In this document: positions 1 to 9,089 of the stretch, piece after piece
Position numbering within the stretch: position 1 is the first letter of the stretch
Layout of the letters: the number at the start of each line of letters is the position of its first letter
Assembly: GCA_038279365.1 (NCBI GenBank)
Contig: JAYODI010000065.1
Coordinates: forward strand, 1 to 34,953
Source of the DNA: Candidatus Latescibacterota bacterium
GTDB taxonomy: Bacteria > Latescibacterota > UBA2968
Direction: 5' to 3'
Length of the DNA: 34,953 nucleotides
Notes under the pieces: generated by a model
The model's input: only the letters and a program-made list of their open reading frames with translations
Told to the model about the DNA's origin: nothing
Database searches by the model: none
Program-made: the position numbers and the translations under genes

Positions 1-2
1 GA

Positions 3-1157
3 GCACCTCTGGATATTACCCTTCACATTTCGCATGGATGTAATATCACATGCACCTATTGTTTTGCTCAAGGTGGCAGTTATGGTGGCAAGGCAACGAT
101 GATGGACTTTGGAACTGCCAAACAAGCTGTGGATTGGGTTTTGGACCAAAGTGAAGAGGTGGGGGCGTGTCAGATTACGTTGTTTGGTGGTGAACCTTTG
201 TTGAATTTGGATTTGATTAAACAGATCGTGCCTTATGCCAAAACACAAGCCAAAGAGAGAGGGATAAAAATTACATTTGGTATGACCACCAATGGCACAT
301 TGCTATCGGGTGAGGCACTGGCGTTTATTATGAAAGAAGATATTGGCGTGATGGTGAGTTTGGATGGCAATGCGGAGACGCACAATCGTATTCGCACCTT
401 TCACGATGGCAGTGATACCTTTGATGTGATTGCAGAAAACACACGGAAGGCCGCTGCACTTCGCCCAAATAAAGTTAAAGTGCGTGCAACGATGACGGCT
501 CATAACCTCGATATAGACCAGATCGCAGAAGACATTTCTCAGTATGGCACGACCACGATTGAAGTCTCTCCTACCATAGAGCACCCGAAAAGCCCAACTG
601 CGATTCGTATGGAACATTTGCCTGAGTTAAAAAAACATTTAAAGCGTGTGAGCAAAACGGAGTTGGCGAAACTGTTAAATGGTGAAAACCAGGCACATGC
701 TTATTTTGTGGGTAAGATTAAGCAGGTGCTTGATCCACATAAAAAAGAGTATGGGTGTGGGGGAGGAAAGACGTTTTACGGTATTGCGGCAGATGGGTCT
801 ATTTATTTTTGTTCGGCATTTGCCAGCAATTCAGAGTTTAAGATGGGGGATGTTTTTTCTGGGCTTAATCCAGAAAAAATGAAACAATTTGATCATGATT
901 TTCAAGTGGACAATCGGCAAACTTGCAAAACGTGTTGGGCGCGTAATTTGTGTGGTGGTGGGTGTGTTTATGATGCACATATGAGTACGGGAAAAGCGGT
1001 AGAGCCCAACCCTGTTTCTTGCGAACAGATTCGTTATGGATATGAATTGGCCATGGGTATGGCATTGGAAATTCAGGAGAATAACCCTGTAATTTTTGAT
1101 GCGCTTTGCCCTGCTGAAACTGTCTTGGGGGAGGTTTGTGATGCACCAAATGCATGA
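3..1157 (+). CDS. Radical SAM/SPASM protein, peptide-maturase (ranthipeptide/SCIFF-maturase-like) type; 5' end lies outside the window
   Basis: The frame is open from nt 3, upstream of the track's start at 99, and reads ITLHISHGCNITCTYCFAQGG (CxxxCxxC at about 39-62). It also has GGEPLLN, TTNGTLL, VSLDG and a seven-Cys SPASM pattern (YGCGGG..IYFC..CKTCWARNLCGGGC..VSC). Confidence 0.92.
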   Translation, partial: APLDITLHISHGCNITCTYCFAQGGSYGGKATMMDFGTAKQAVDWVLDQSEEVGACQITLFGGEPLLNLDLIKQIVPYAKTQAKERGIKITFGMTTNGTLLSGEALAFIMKEDIGVMVSLDGNAETHNRIRTFHDGSDTFDVIAENTRKAAALRPNKVKVRATMTAHNLDIDQIAEDISQYGTTTIEVSPTIEHPKSPTAIRMEHLPELKKHLKRVSKTELAKLLNGENQAHAYFVGKIKQVLDPHKKEYGCGGGKTFYGIAADGSIYFCSAFASNSEFKMGDVFSGLNPEKMKQFDHDFQVDNRQTCKTCWARNLCGGGCVYDAHMSTGKAVEPNPVSCEQIRYGYELAMGMALEIQENNPVIFDALCPAETVLGEVCDAPNA

Positions 1158-2511
1158 TTTTTTAGATATTGATACGCCTGCACAAAACGTGATCCCCATG
1201 CTCAAACAGTTGTATAAAACGGAGTGTCATATTTTTGAGCACCAAGGGCATCATATTCTATTTAATGTGTCATCGGGTAACTTTTTTCAAATTGACCAGG
1301 TTCAAAAAAATGTTGTAGAAGCGTGTTCGGGAAAAACGCTCAATGAAATATTACATGCCTTGCAGTATCAACACACTGAAAAACAAGTTATGAGCGCATT
1401 TAAGGAGCTTTTTGAGGCGGGTATTATTACCGATACACCTTTTGAACGCCCTCCTCAGTTTGCTTTGCCTGATCGGTTAGAAATTGTCCATTTTGATTTT
1501 AATATTACAAATGATACGTTGTTGGGTGTGGAGGAAAATGTTGCTTATATGGATGAAACAGTAGCTTTGGAGGCACTTGCACTTTTATTAAAAGAATCGG
1601 GACGCGTGCGTCGTTGTTCGATTGCGTTTCGGGGTGGTGAACCTTTGTTGAATGCGCCGCTTGTTGAAAAGATTATTGAAGAAGGTTATGCGCAGGCTCA
1701 AAAATTGGGTAAAGAAATTCGCTTTCAAGTGGTTACAGATGCACGTTTGCTCAATCCATCACTTTTTAATCGCTTACAAAAATTGGGTGCTGAAGTGGTG
1801 GTAAAATTTGAGGTAGATGAGCGCCCACCTTTGTTTTGTGGGCAAGGGCCATATAGTTTGTCATCTATTGATATGCCTGAGCATATACAAGAGAAACAAG
1901 CACCGATTGATCTATATTATGTTTTGGATCGACATCGCACAAACTATGCAAAAGATATGCAACAGGTTGTAAATCAATATCCCACGGTTAGAAATGTGTC
2001 TTTTGCATCTGATGAGAGGATGGAACAAGAGGATGTGCCACGTATCAAAGACGGTTATGCACAACTGGCGCGTTATGTTGAAGATCAGGCTTTGGACGGA
2101 CAAAGTGCTTGGATTGATGGCATTGAATCGCACATTTATCAGGTGTTTAATCAGAAAGCCTCTTTCTTGCACAGTGGTATTGGGGTGCGTTCTTTGGCTG
2201 TGGCACCCAATGGTATTTTGCACCCCAGCCTGACACAAGAAAAAACCATTGGAGATGTGTGGCAGGGCATTGATCGCGAAAAGCAGCATGCTTGGATTCG
2301 GGAAACGCAGGTGGACCAATTGGATGGATGCAAAACGTGTTGGGCGCGGCAATTGTGTGGGGGGGCTTGCCGACTCAATACACAATATGGGGCAGATACC
2401 AAACGGTCTACTTGTGAACTGGTGCAGTATAAATATGAGTTGGCAATGAAGACGTGTTTAAATATTGCGGCAAAAGATCAAGATGTTTTGTATCAACGTT
2501 ATGCAGAATAG
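1141..2511 (+). CDS. Degenerate radical SAM/SPASM paralogue with a probable N-terminal RiPP-recognition-like domain; lacks CxxxCxxC
   Basis: GGAGG at 1130-1134 precedes ATG 1141, which overlaps the upstream gene's end. The N-terminal HIFEHQGHHILFNVSSG..LFEAGII resembles the RRE extension of CteB-type maturases. GGEPLLN and CKTCWARQLCGGAC..C are kept, but the SAM-cluster motif position reads NITNDTLLG. Confidence 0.8.
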   Translation: MHQMHDFLDIDTPAQNVIPMLKQLYKTECHIFEHQGHHILFNVSSGNFFQIDQVQKNVVEACSGKTLNEILHALQYQHTEKQVMSAFKELFEAGIITDTPFERPPQFALPDRLEIVHFDFNITNDTLLGVEENVAYMDETVALEALALLLKESGRVRRCSIAFRGGEPLLNAPLVEKIIEEGYAQAQKLGKEIRFQVVTDARLLNPSLFNRLQKLGAEVVVKFEVDERPPLFCGQGPYSLSSIDMPEHIQEKQAPIDLYYVLDRHRTNYAKDMQQVVNQYPTVRNVSFASDERMEQEDVPRIKDGYAQLARYVEDQALDGQSAWIDGIESHIYQVFNQKASFLHSGIGVRSLAVAPNGILHPSLTQEKTIGDVWQGIDREKQHAWIRETQVDQLDGCKTCWARQLCGGACRLNTQYGADTKRSTCELVQYKYELAMKTCLNIAAKDQDVLYQRYAE

Positions 2512-2575
2512 AAACCATCGTTTGCGGACGAAGTGTTTGTTGCTTTTGATTTTTAGACCTTAACTTTTAAAACTT

Positions 2576-3775
2576 ATGAATATTCTTTTTTTTCAAGATA
2601 CGTTGGCTGTGAGTGGCGGCGAGATTTGGGTGGTGGATGCGGCTGACAAATTGCGGCAAAAAGGCCATGGTGTCACTTTGGCCTGCCCGAGTGGTTCTTG
2701 GATTGAGCGGCGGGCCAAGGAAATGGGTTTGCCACATTTTAATTATATCTTAGATGACGAGTACGAGGGGCATTTGCGTTGGTTGCTTTGTGAGACCCTT
2801 TGCGAAGAACAAATAGATATTATTTTTTGTGGTATTCCTGGCTATCGCGAAGAAGTGCCTGTGCTTGATGCTGCTGTAAGAGAGGCAGGGCGCGGGCAAA
2901 TTGTTTTGCGGTTGGGTGTCACGCCAGGACCACAGTCTTTGTCGTCTGACCGTGTTGGGCAGGGTTTTGAAACGGTGCGGGGAGTGGTGGTGGTGTCTGA
3001 AGATATTCGGAAGCATTTGTACAAGGCCTTTCCGTTTATGCCATCTGATCAGGTGCACGTAATTTATAATGGCGTAGATGTGGATCACTTTGACCCCAAT
3101 CGGTATTCCAATCGACGTAATTTTTGTCAGCAGCATGATATTCCCGAGCATCATTTATTAGTGGGATCTGTGGGGCGTTTGGATGGCATTAAGAACGTGC
3201 CCTTATTGATTGAAGCCTCCAAGGATGTGTTGCGTCATTTTGAAAATGTGACATTTGTGATTGCGGGTGATGGTATTGAGAAACAATCGTTGATGCATTT
3301 GGCGCGAGAAGCGGATGTGATGGATCATTTTCGGTTTACGGGCTTTGTGGATGATGTGCCTAAGTTGTTGTCGGGGTTGGATATTTTAGCGCATACGGCC
3401 TTTTCAGAGGGGGTGCCCAATTCGGTGATTGAAGCGATGGCTATGGGCAAATGCGTGGTGGCAACGGAAGTGGGTGGCGTGCCCGAGTTGATTGAAGATG
3501 GTGTGACGGGTTTGCTGGTGCCGTCTAATGATGTTGAGAAATTGGTGTGGACGTTGTGTGATGTGCTTCAAAACAAGTCAAAAATGTTGGCATTGGGCAC
3601 TGCGGCGCGTGCCTATATTGAGACGGCGCTCAATCGCAAAGAAAAACTCAATGAACTGGAGATGCTTCTGCAAGGCTTTGTGGATCATCCTGTAGACATT
3701 CCCAAAAGTGAAGAACCGGCGATGTTGTATGATTTACCCGATTTTGATGTGAAGAGTCCGTTTGGACGGTGGTGA
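2576..3775 (+). CDS. GT4 (GT-B fold) glycosyltransferase
   Basis: N-terminal SGGE, VIYNGVD, VGRL..KN and EGVPNSVIEAMAMG..VGGVPE signature. Confidence 0.92.
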   Translation: MNILFFQDTLAVSGGEIWVVDAADKLRQKGHGVTLACPSGSWIERRAKEMGLPHFNYILDDEYEGHLRWLLCETLCEEQIDIIFCGIPGYREEVPVLDAAVREAGRGQIVLRLGVTPGPQSLSSDRVGQGFETVRGVVVVSEDIRKHLYKAFPFMPSDQVHVIYNGVDVDHFDPNRYSNRRNFCQQHDIPEHHLLVGSVGRLDGIKNVPLLIEASKDVLRHFENVTFVIAGDGIEKQSLMHLAREADVMDHFRFTGFVDDVPKLLSGLDILAHTAFSEGVPNSVIEAMAMGKCVVATEVGGVPELIEDGVTGLLVPSNDVEKLVWTLCDVLQNKSKMLALGTAARAYIETALNRKEKLNELEMLLQGFVDHPVDIPKSEEPAMLYDLPDFDVKSPFGRW

Positions 3776-3798
3776 GTGAGAGAAGATTGGTATTTTTT

Positions 3799-3836
3799 AA
3801 AAGGGCTACGAATTTATTTTCGTGGTCCTTTTTTGT
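3799..3836 (+). terminator. Probable intrinsic terminator of the radical SAM-GT4 operon
   Basis: AAGGGCTACGAA / TTCGTGGTCCTT stem (with G-U pairs) followed by a T run. Confidence 0.6.
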
Positions 3837-3953
3837 TAAAAATGACCTTGGTGTCTAAATGGAGTATAGATTTAAGTAAAGTTTATGTGCTACGAATCCA
3901 ATTGGCTAAACACGAGTTGGCTGTCATATTCTTGTAAATGTGAGGGGTTTGAT

Positions 3954-4796
3954 ATGAAGATATGTGTTGTTCAACCGCGTTATCCTGTTGCGGGAACGAT
4001 TGATTCGGCACGTGCGTGTGTGGCATGGATGCAAATGCAATTGGAGGGTTTGCAACCCCAAGGACAGGATTTGATTGTGTTGCCTGAATATGCCAATGTG
4101 CCGGGGATCAATGATGTAGATACAATGCGAACATTTGCGGAAGGTGTTGGGCGCGCGTTTGTGGCATATGTTGCCGATTCATCGGCACGTTTGTCCTGTT
4201 TGATCACGATGGGTGGGGTGTTTAAAACGGATGTTGGGTGGCAAAATCAGGTGATGGTTTTTGATGGGGGAAAAACGCCGAAATACCTATATAACAAGGT
4301 TCATTTGACAGATGTGGAGTCAAATGGGCTGGGCTTAATACCTGGAAATAAGGTCGGTGTGTTTGATTGGCAAGGCATTCGCTTAGGGTTTGCAGTGTGC
4401 TTTGATATGTATTTTGCCTCGTATTTCGAAGCCCTTGCCAAACACAAGGTTGATGTAATTGTGTGCCCGGGTTATCAACGCTCTGAATCGGGTGACCGTA
4501 TTCGGTTGATTTCGGGGGCGCGTGCATTGGACACGGGTGCTTATGTGGTGCGCAGTAGTTATGCCATGCATACGCCTCAAAAAGGTGGGCATTCGTTGGT
4601 GGCGTCACCCGATGGTAACATTGTGGTGGATGCGGCAGATGCAGTGGGCATGGTGGCAGTTGATATTGATCCTCACCTGAAATTTGTGAAACCGGCGTCT
4701 CATGGACAGCCCGATGTGGAACATCGTGTATTGATAGAGGCCCATGTGCGACCTGAGGTGTATGCAACGGATGGGGTTTCTGATCGGTTATCTTAA
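3954..4796 (+). CDS. Carbon-nitrogen hydrolase (nitrilase superfamily)
   Basis: Glu-Lys-Cys triad motifs LPEY, YNKVHL and VCFD. Start moved to ATG 3954, behind GAGGGG. Confidence 0.88.
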   Translation: MKICVVQPRYPVAGTIDSARACVAWMQMQLEGLQPQGQDLIVLPEYANVPGINDVDTMRTFAEGVGRAFVAYVADSSARLSCLITMGGVFKTDVGWQNQVMVFDGGKTPKYLYNKVHLTDVESNGLGLIPGNKVGVFDWQGIRLGFAVCFDMYFASYFEALAKHKVDVIVCPGYQRSESGDRIRLISGARALDTGAYVVRSSYAMHTPQKGGHSLVASPDGNIVVDAADAVGMVAVDIDPHLKFVKPASHGQPDVEHRVLIEAHVRPEVYATDGVSDRLS

Positions 4797-5291
4797 TGGG
4801 TGATCAGCAGTTAGCAATTAGTGGTCAGCGGTCAGTGCTATACCCTCTATTGGGTGGTGGCGTGCGCGCTGTTTGGACGACCTGAGGTATTGATTTTGGT
4901 AGAGCACGTGTGTTGCGATGCCTGTTGGATGGGTGTTGGTGAGCGCAATGACGGTTTGTGGCTCTATTCTTATAGAAAGGTATTTATCGGGATATAAATG
5001 TGTGGTGATGGTGGGGTGGGAAAATCATGACCAGGGAGGTCTTTGGGCGGAAAAATCGTCTTTTGGGAAGACGGCTGATGGATAGGTGTGTCGGAACATT
5101 CGTCCGTTTTTGAAGCCTATTTGGGGTCTCATGGGAAAATTATACCTGTTCGGGAAAGATTATTCCCGAAGAGATATATCTGTGCCTATTCGGTATTAAT
5201 TGGTATTTTTAGTAAATTAAAATATTGTTTTATAATGAATTATGATTTTTTCAGTGAGCCTTTTTTCAAAAGGGTTCACTTTTTTTTTGTT

Positions 5292-5308
5292 TGGGTATGA
5301 TGCTTGCT
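5292..5308 (+). promoter_or_regulatory. Candidate sigma-54 -24/-12 promoter for the flagellar export operon
   Basis: TGGGTATGATGCTTGCT gives GG(5294-5295)-N10-GC(5306-5307) with TTGCT, about 40 nt before the fliO start. An AT-rich tract lies upstream. Confidence 0.6.
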
Positions 5309-5346
5309 CTTTGAGAGCGTGACCAATCAACACTCAAGGAGATTTC

Positions 5347-5817
5347 ATGAAACACGCACTATTATTTGGCATAACGTTTTTGCTTGCCGCACCCGCAATG
5401 GGTTCTGTGGCCGATTCGACAGCAGTGGCTGCGAATGTGGCGGCATTGCCCGATGTGAGCAGTTTGATTACACGCATGGTATTGTCATTAGGGGTTGTGT
5501 TGCTGCTGATTTGGGGTGCGGTGCATATCTTGCAACGCATATCGGGGCAATCTGTAAAGCCAGGGGGGGCAGAATCACATATTCGGGTATTGGATCGGAC
5601 ATACTTGGCCCCTAAAAAAGCAGTTTATGTGCTCAAAATTGGCACGCGCGCATTGGCTGTGGGGGTGACGGAAGATCAAATTACCCCACTGGCTGAATTG
5701 GACGCTGACGAAACCAACTTGGCATATCCTGCATCTTTGCCGTCTCAGGGCACGCCTTCTTTTGCCAACTTGCTCAAAGATGTGCGCACCCGCTTTGCAG
5801 GAGGGCAAGCATCATGA
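5347..5817 (+). CDS. fliO: Flagellar biosynthesis protein FliO/FliZ
   Basis: AAGGAG RBS, signal-like N-terminus, one TM segment, IRVLDRTYLAPKKAVYVLKIG..VGVT..ITPL motif; overlaps the fliP start. Confidence 0.85.
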   Translation: MKHALLFGITFLLAAPAMGSVADSTAVAANVAALPDVSSLITRMVLSLGVVLLLIWGAVHILQRISGQSVKPGGAESHIRVLDRTYLAPKKAVYVLKIGTRALAVGVTEDQITPLAELDADETNLAYPASLPSQGTPSFANLLKDVRTRFAGGQAS

Positions 5818-6557
5818 AATCTTTGCGGATTCTTTTGATCGTCATTTTGGCCTTTGTTGTTGTTCCTGATATTGCGGCGCAAGGTTTGCCGCGTATCAGT
5901 TTGGATGTGGCACAATCGAACAATGCAGAAGATGCAGCAGTGACTTTGGAAATTATTTTCATGCTCACTGTGTTGACGCTGGCGCCTTCCATTTTGATTA
6001 TGCTGACGTCATTTACGCGCATTGTGGTGGTGTTGTCGTTTTTGCGTATGGCCATTGGAACACAGCAAATTCCACCAACACAACTGATTGTGGGTTTGGC
6101 TTTGTTTTTGACCATGTTTGTGATGGGCCCTACTTGGGAACGTGTGTATGACAATGCCATTACACCATATTTGGAAGAGCAAATTGATCATACGGTGGCT
6201 TTGGATGAAGCCATGAAGCCGATTCGTGAATTTATGCTCAAGAACACCCGCGAAAAAGATATTGCATTGTTTGTGAAATTGTCGCGTGAAGCACGTCCTC
6301 GCAATGTGGATGAGCTGTCTAATCGGGTATTGATTCCAAGCTTTGTGATTAGTGAGTTGAAGACGGCTTTTCAGATCAGTTTTGTGTTGTTCATTCCGTT
6401 TATCATTATTGATATGGTGGTTTCCAGTACGTTGTTGTCGATGGGTATGATGATGCTCCCACCTGTTACGGTGTCTTTGCCGTTTAAGATTTTGTTGTTT
6501 GTGCTGGTTGATGGGTGGCATTTGATAGTGGAATCTATTGTGATGAGTTTTAAGTAA
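5814..6557 (+). CDS. fliP: Flagellar export gate protein FliP
   Basis: LTSFTRIVVVLSFLR, PSFVISELKTAFQI and GMMMLPP..SLPFKILLFVLVDGW motifs. Confidence 0.97.
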   Translation: MKSLRILLIVILAFVVVPDIAAQGLPRISLDVAQSNNAEDAAVTLEIIFMLTVLTLAPSILIMLTSFTRIVVVLSFLRMAIGTQQIPPTQLIVGLALFLTMFVMGPTWERVYDNAITPYLEEQIDHTVALDEAMKPIREFMLKNTREKDIALFVKLSREARPRNVDELSNRVLIPSFVISELKTAFQISFVLFIPFIIIDMVVSSTLLSMGMMMLPPVTVSLPFKILLFVLVDGWHLIVESIVMSFK

Positions 6558-6626
6558 GGTCGTGAAACGGCAAAAGTGAAACGGCAAATGGAAAGTCTAC
6601 AACGTCAGTTTTAATTGGAGTGAGTT

Positions 6627-6896
6627 ATGACCCCAGAGTATGTGGTGCATCTTGGACAGCAGGCGATTTATTTGATGTTGATGGTTTCGGCACCGATGTT
6701 GATTGCTGGGCTGGTGGTGGGTTTGGGCATTAGCATTTTGCAGGCGGTGACGCAGATTCACGAGGTGACATTGACATTTATTCCGAAGATTTTAGTGGTG
6801 TCGTTGGCTTTGGTGGTGGCGTTGCCTTGGATGATTCAGAAGTTGCTTGATTTTATGATTATGTTGATGCAGCAGATTCCGGCGATTGTAACGTAA
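6627..6896 (+). CDS. fliQ: Flagellar export gate protein FliQ
   Basis: QAVTQIHEVTLTFIPKI motif, 89 aa, GGAG RBS. Confidence 0.96.
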   Translation: MTPEYVVHLGQQAIYLMLMVSAPMLIAGLVVGLGISILQAVTQIHEVTLTFIPKILVVSLALVVALPWMIQKLLDFMIMLMQQIPAIVT

Positions 6897-6977
6897 AAGG
6901 CAAACGGCAAATGTGAAACGGCAAAAAGCCGACAGTAAATTTAAAAATCAGATAAAATTTAACTATAGAAGTGGATT

Positions 6978-7766
6978 ATGAACGCAACGTATCTCGACAT
7001 TTCTGTTGCACAATTTCAGGTGTTTTTGTTGGTGTTTTTGCGCACTTTGGGTGTTTTGGCAATGGCGCCTATTTTTGGGCATCGGGCAGTGATTAGCCAG
7101 GCCAAGGCGGGGTTTGCATTTGCCTTGGCACTTGCTTTGTTTCCTGCTATTCCGATGACATTGGCCGTAACAACCGATTTGGCACCCTATGTGTTTGCTG
7201 CGGTCAAAGAGATTACAATGGGGGTGATGTTTGGGTTTGTGGCGCGGTTGGTTTTTGTGGCGGTACAATTTGCGGGTGAGGTGATTGGTATTGATATCGG
7301 TTTTGGTGTGGTAAACGTGATTGACCCGCTTTCGGCAGAGCAAATTTCTATTATTGGTACGTTTAAGAACTTGATTGCGATGGTCACTTTTTTGATGATT
7401 GATGGGCATCATATTTTATTACAAGCATTGTCTGAGAGTTTTGCGATGGTGCCATTGGGTGGGGTTCAGTTTACGGAACTGTTGGCACAAGGCTTAATTA
7501 ATATGACGGCCCATGTGTTTGTGATGGCCATTAAGTTGGCCGCGCCGATTGTGACATCGTTGTTTTTAACTTCATTGGCATTGGGCATTATGGCACGCAC
7601 GATGCCTCAAATGAATGTGTTTATCGTTGGCTTTCCACTCAAAATAGCAGTGGGAATGGGCATGATGGCTATGGCATTGCCTTTGTTTCAAACGGTTTTG
7701 ATTAAGATGTTTTATGGTTTGGGACCCAATTTGAGTGTTTTGTTGGAACAGATGTATACACCTTAA
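6978..7766 (+). CDS. fliR: Flagellar export gate protein FliR
   Basis: Hydrophobic 262 aa protein with QFAGEVI, DGHH and RTMPQMNVFIVGFPLKI; gene order fits. Confidence 0.95.
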   Translation: MNATYLDISVAQFQVFLLVFLRTLGVLAMAPIFGHRAVISQAKAGFAFALALALFPAIPMTLAVTTDLAPYVFAAVKEITMGVMFGFVARLVFVAVQFAGEVIGIDIGFGVVNVIDPLSAEQISIIGTFKNLIAMVTFLMIDGHHILLQALSESFAMVPLGGVQFTELLAQGLINMTAHVFVMAIKLAAPIVTSLFLTSLALGIMARTMPQMNVFIVGFPLKIAVGMGMMAMALPLFQTVLIKMFYGLGPNLSVLLEQMYTP

Positions 7767-7872
7767 AAGAGGCAGGCAAAAGGCAAAAGTGAAACGGCAA
7801 AAGAGGTATTCCGTTCACTATCGTTGAGGATGATGTCACGTTTATCGATTGCCGTTTGCCATTTCAAATCCT

Positions 7873-8934
7873 ATGGCTGAAGAATCTTTTCAAGAAAAAA
7901 CAGAAGAGGCAACTCCGAAGCGGCGCGATGAAGCGCGTCGCAAGGGGCAAACAGCAAAAAGCCAAGAGTTGAACTCTGCTGTGGTGTTGATGGCAGCACT
8001 GGCGAGTTTGTATGTTTTGGGTGGGATGTTGTTTAACACGTTGTCGGGTTTTACGGCAAGCACGCTTGCACAAAGTCATACCTACGAATTTTCGGTGTTG
8101 AGTGTGCGCACCCATGTTATTGGATGGGCACAAGTGTTTTTTGGTTCTGTGGGGCCTATTCTGTTGGTCATTGGTTTGGCTGCATTTATTGTTTCGATTT
8201 CACAGGTCGGTTTTGTGATGAACGAAGAAGCATTGAATTTTAAGCCCAATCGTTTGGATCCGATGCAGGGGGCTAAGCGCATTTTTTCTATGCGTTCTTT
8301 GGTTGAACTGGTCAAGGGGATTATCAAAATTACGATTGTGGGTTTGATCAGTTATTGGGTGATTGCTCCAGAAATGCCTCGCATTGCATTGCTTACAGAC
8401 GCTGGGGTGGGTGATATTTTTACATACACTGGCGTGATGGTGTTTAAAGTGGGCATGTATACGGCGTTGGCGTTGTTGGTTATGGCCATTTTGGATTATG
8501 CTTATCAGCGTTTTGAGTTTAATAAGAGCATTCGGATGACCAAACAAGAAGTAAAAGAAGAAAGCAAACAAACAGAAGGTGACCCACAAGTGCGCATGCG
8601 GATTCGGTCTTTACAACGCGAAAATGCACGCCGACGCATGATGGATGACGTGCCAGAGGCCGATGTGGTGATTACCAACCCAACGCACTTTGCTGTGGCG
8701 TTGAAATACGATATGGACACGATGGCAACACCGATGGTGGTGGCCAAGGGTAAAAACCTAATTGCACAAAAAATTAAAGAAATTGCCCGAGAATCGGGTG
8801 TGCCAATGGTGGAAAACAAACCTTTGGCACAAGCTTTATTTAAATCGGTAGAGATTGGGCAAGGCATCCCTGAAGAGTTATATCGGGCAGTGGCTGAGGT
8901 CTTGGCGTATGTGTTCCGATTGAAGGGAAAATGA
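7873..8934 (+). CDS. flhB: Flagellar export switch protein FlhB
   Basis: EKTEEATPKR N-terminus, EGDPQ and the NPTH autocleavage motif. Start set at ATG 7873. Confidence 0.97.
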   Translation: MAEESFQEKTEEATPKRRDEARRKGQTAKSQELNSAVVLMAALASLYVLGGMLFNTLSGFTASTLAQSHTYEFSVLSVRTHVIGWAQVFFGSVGPILLVIGLAAFIVSISQVGFVMNEEALNFKPNRLDPMQGAKRIFSMRSLVELVKGIIKITIVGLISYWVIAPEMPRIALLTDAGVGDIFTYTGVMVFKVGMYTALALLVMAILDYAYQRFEFNKSIRMTKQEVKEESKQTEGDPQVRMRIRSLQRENARRRMMDDVPEADVVITNPTHFAVALKYDMDTMATPMVVAKGKNLIAQKIKEIARESGVPMVENKPLAQALFKSVEIGQGIPEELYRAVAEVLAYVFRLKGK

Positions 8935-9029
8935 TCAAGTTAAAAATAGAACGTGGAAGATGACACTTTTGAAGTTTTGCGCCCCAATTTCGACGATGTC
9001 ATGATTGTGGGGTGTCAATGGCTCTGAGC

Positions 9030-9059
9030 TTGACTAAATAGTATAAATCGCAGTATATT
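9030..9059 (+). promoter_or_regulatory. Possible internal sigma-70-type promoter upstream of flhA
   Basis: TTGACT (9030-9035), 18-nt spacer, TATATT (9054-9059) in the 155-nt flhB-flhA gap. Confidence 0.4.
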
Positions 9060-9089
9060 ATCCTACCTTGGCTCCTTTGGAGAAAACGC

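Larger units (their letters stand above)
6562..7866. repeat. Dispersed short AAACGGC-type arrays in the fliP-fliQ, fliQ-fliR and fliR-flhB gaps
   Basis: GTGAAACGGCAAA at 6562, 6576, 6913 and 7789; reverse-complement copy TTGCCGTTTGCCATTT at 7849; related array at 14045-14070. Confidence 0.85.

Noticed and set aside
99-1157. Treating the first radical SAM gene as also lacking CxxxCxxC
   Set aside because: The motif is present in frame upstream of the track's start; the gene is only cut by the window edge.
5088-5300. 70-aa ORF upstream of fliO
   Set aside because: Low-complexity AT-rich translation overlapping probable promoter elements, with no recognisable motif.
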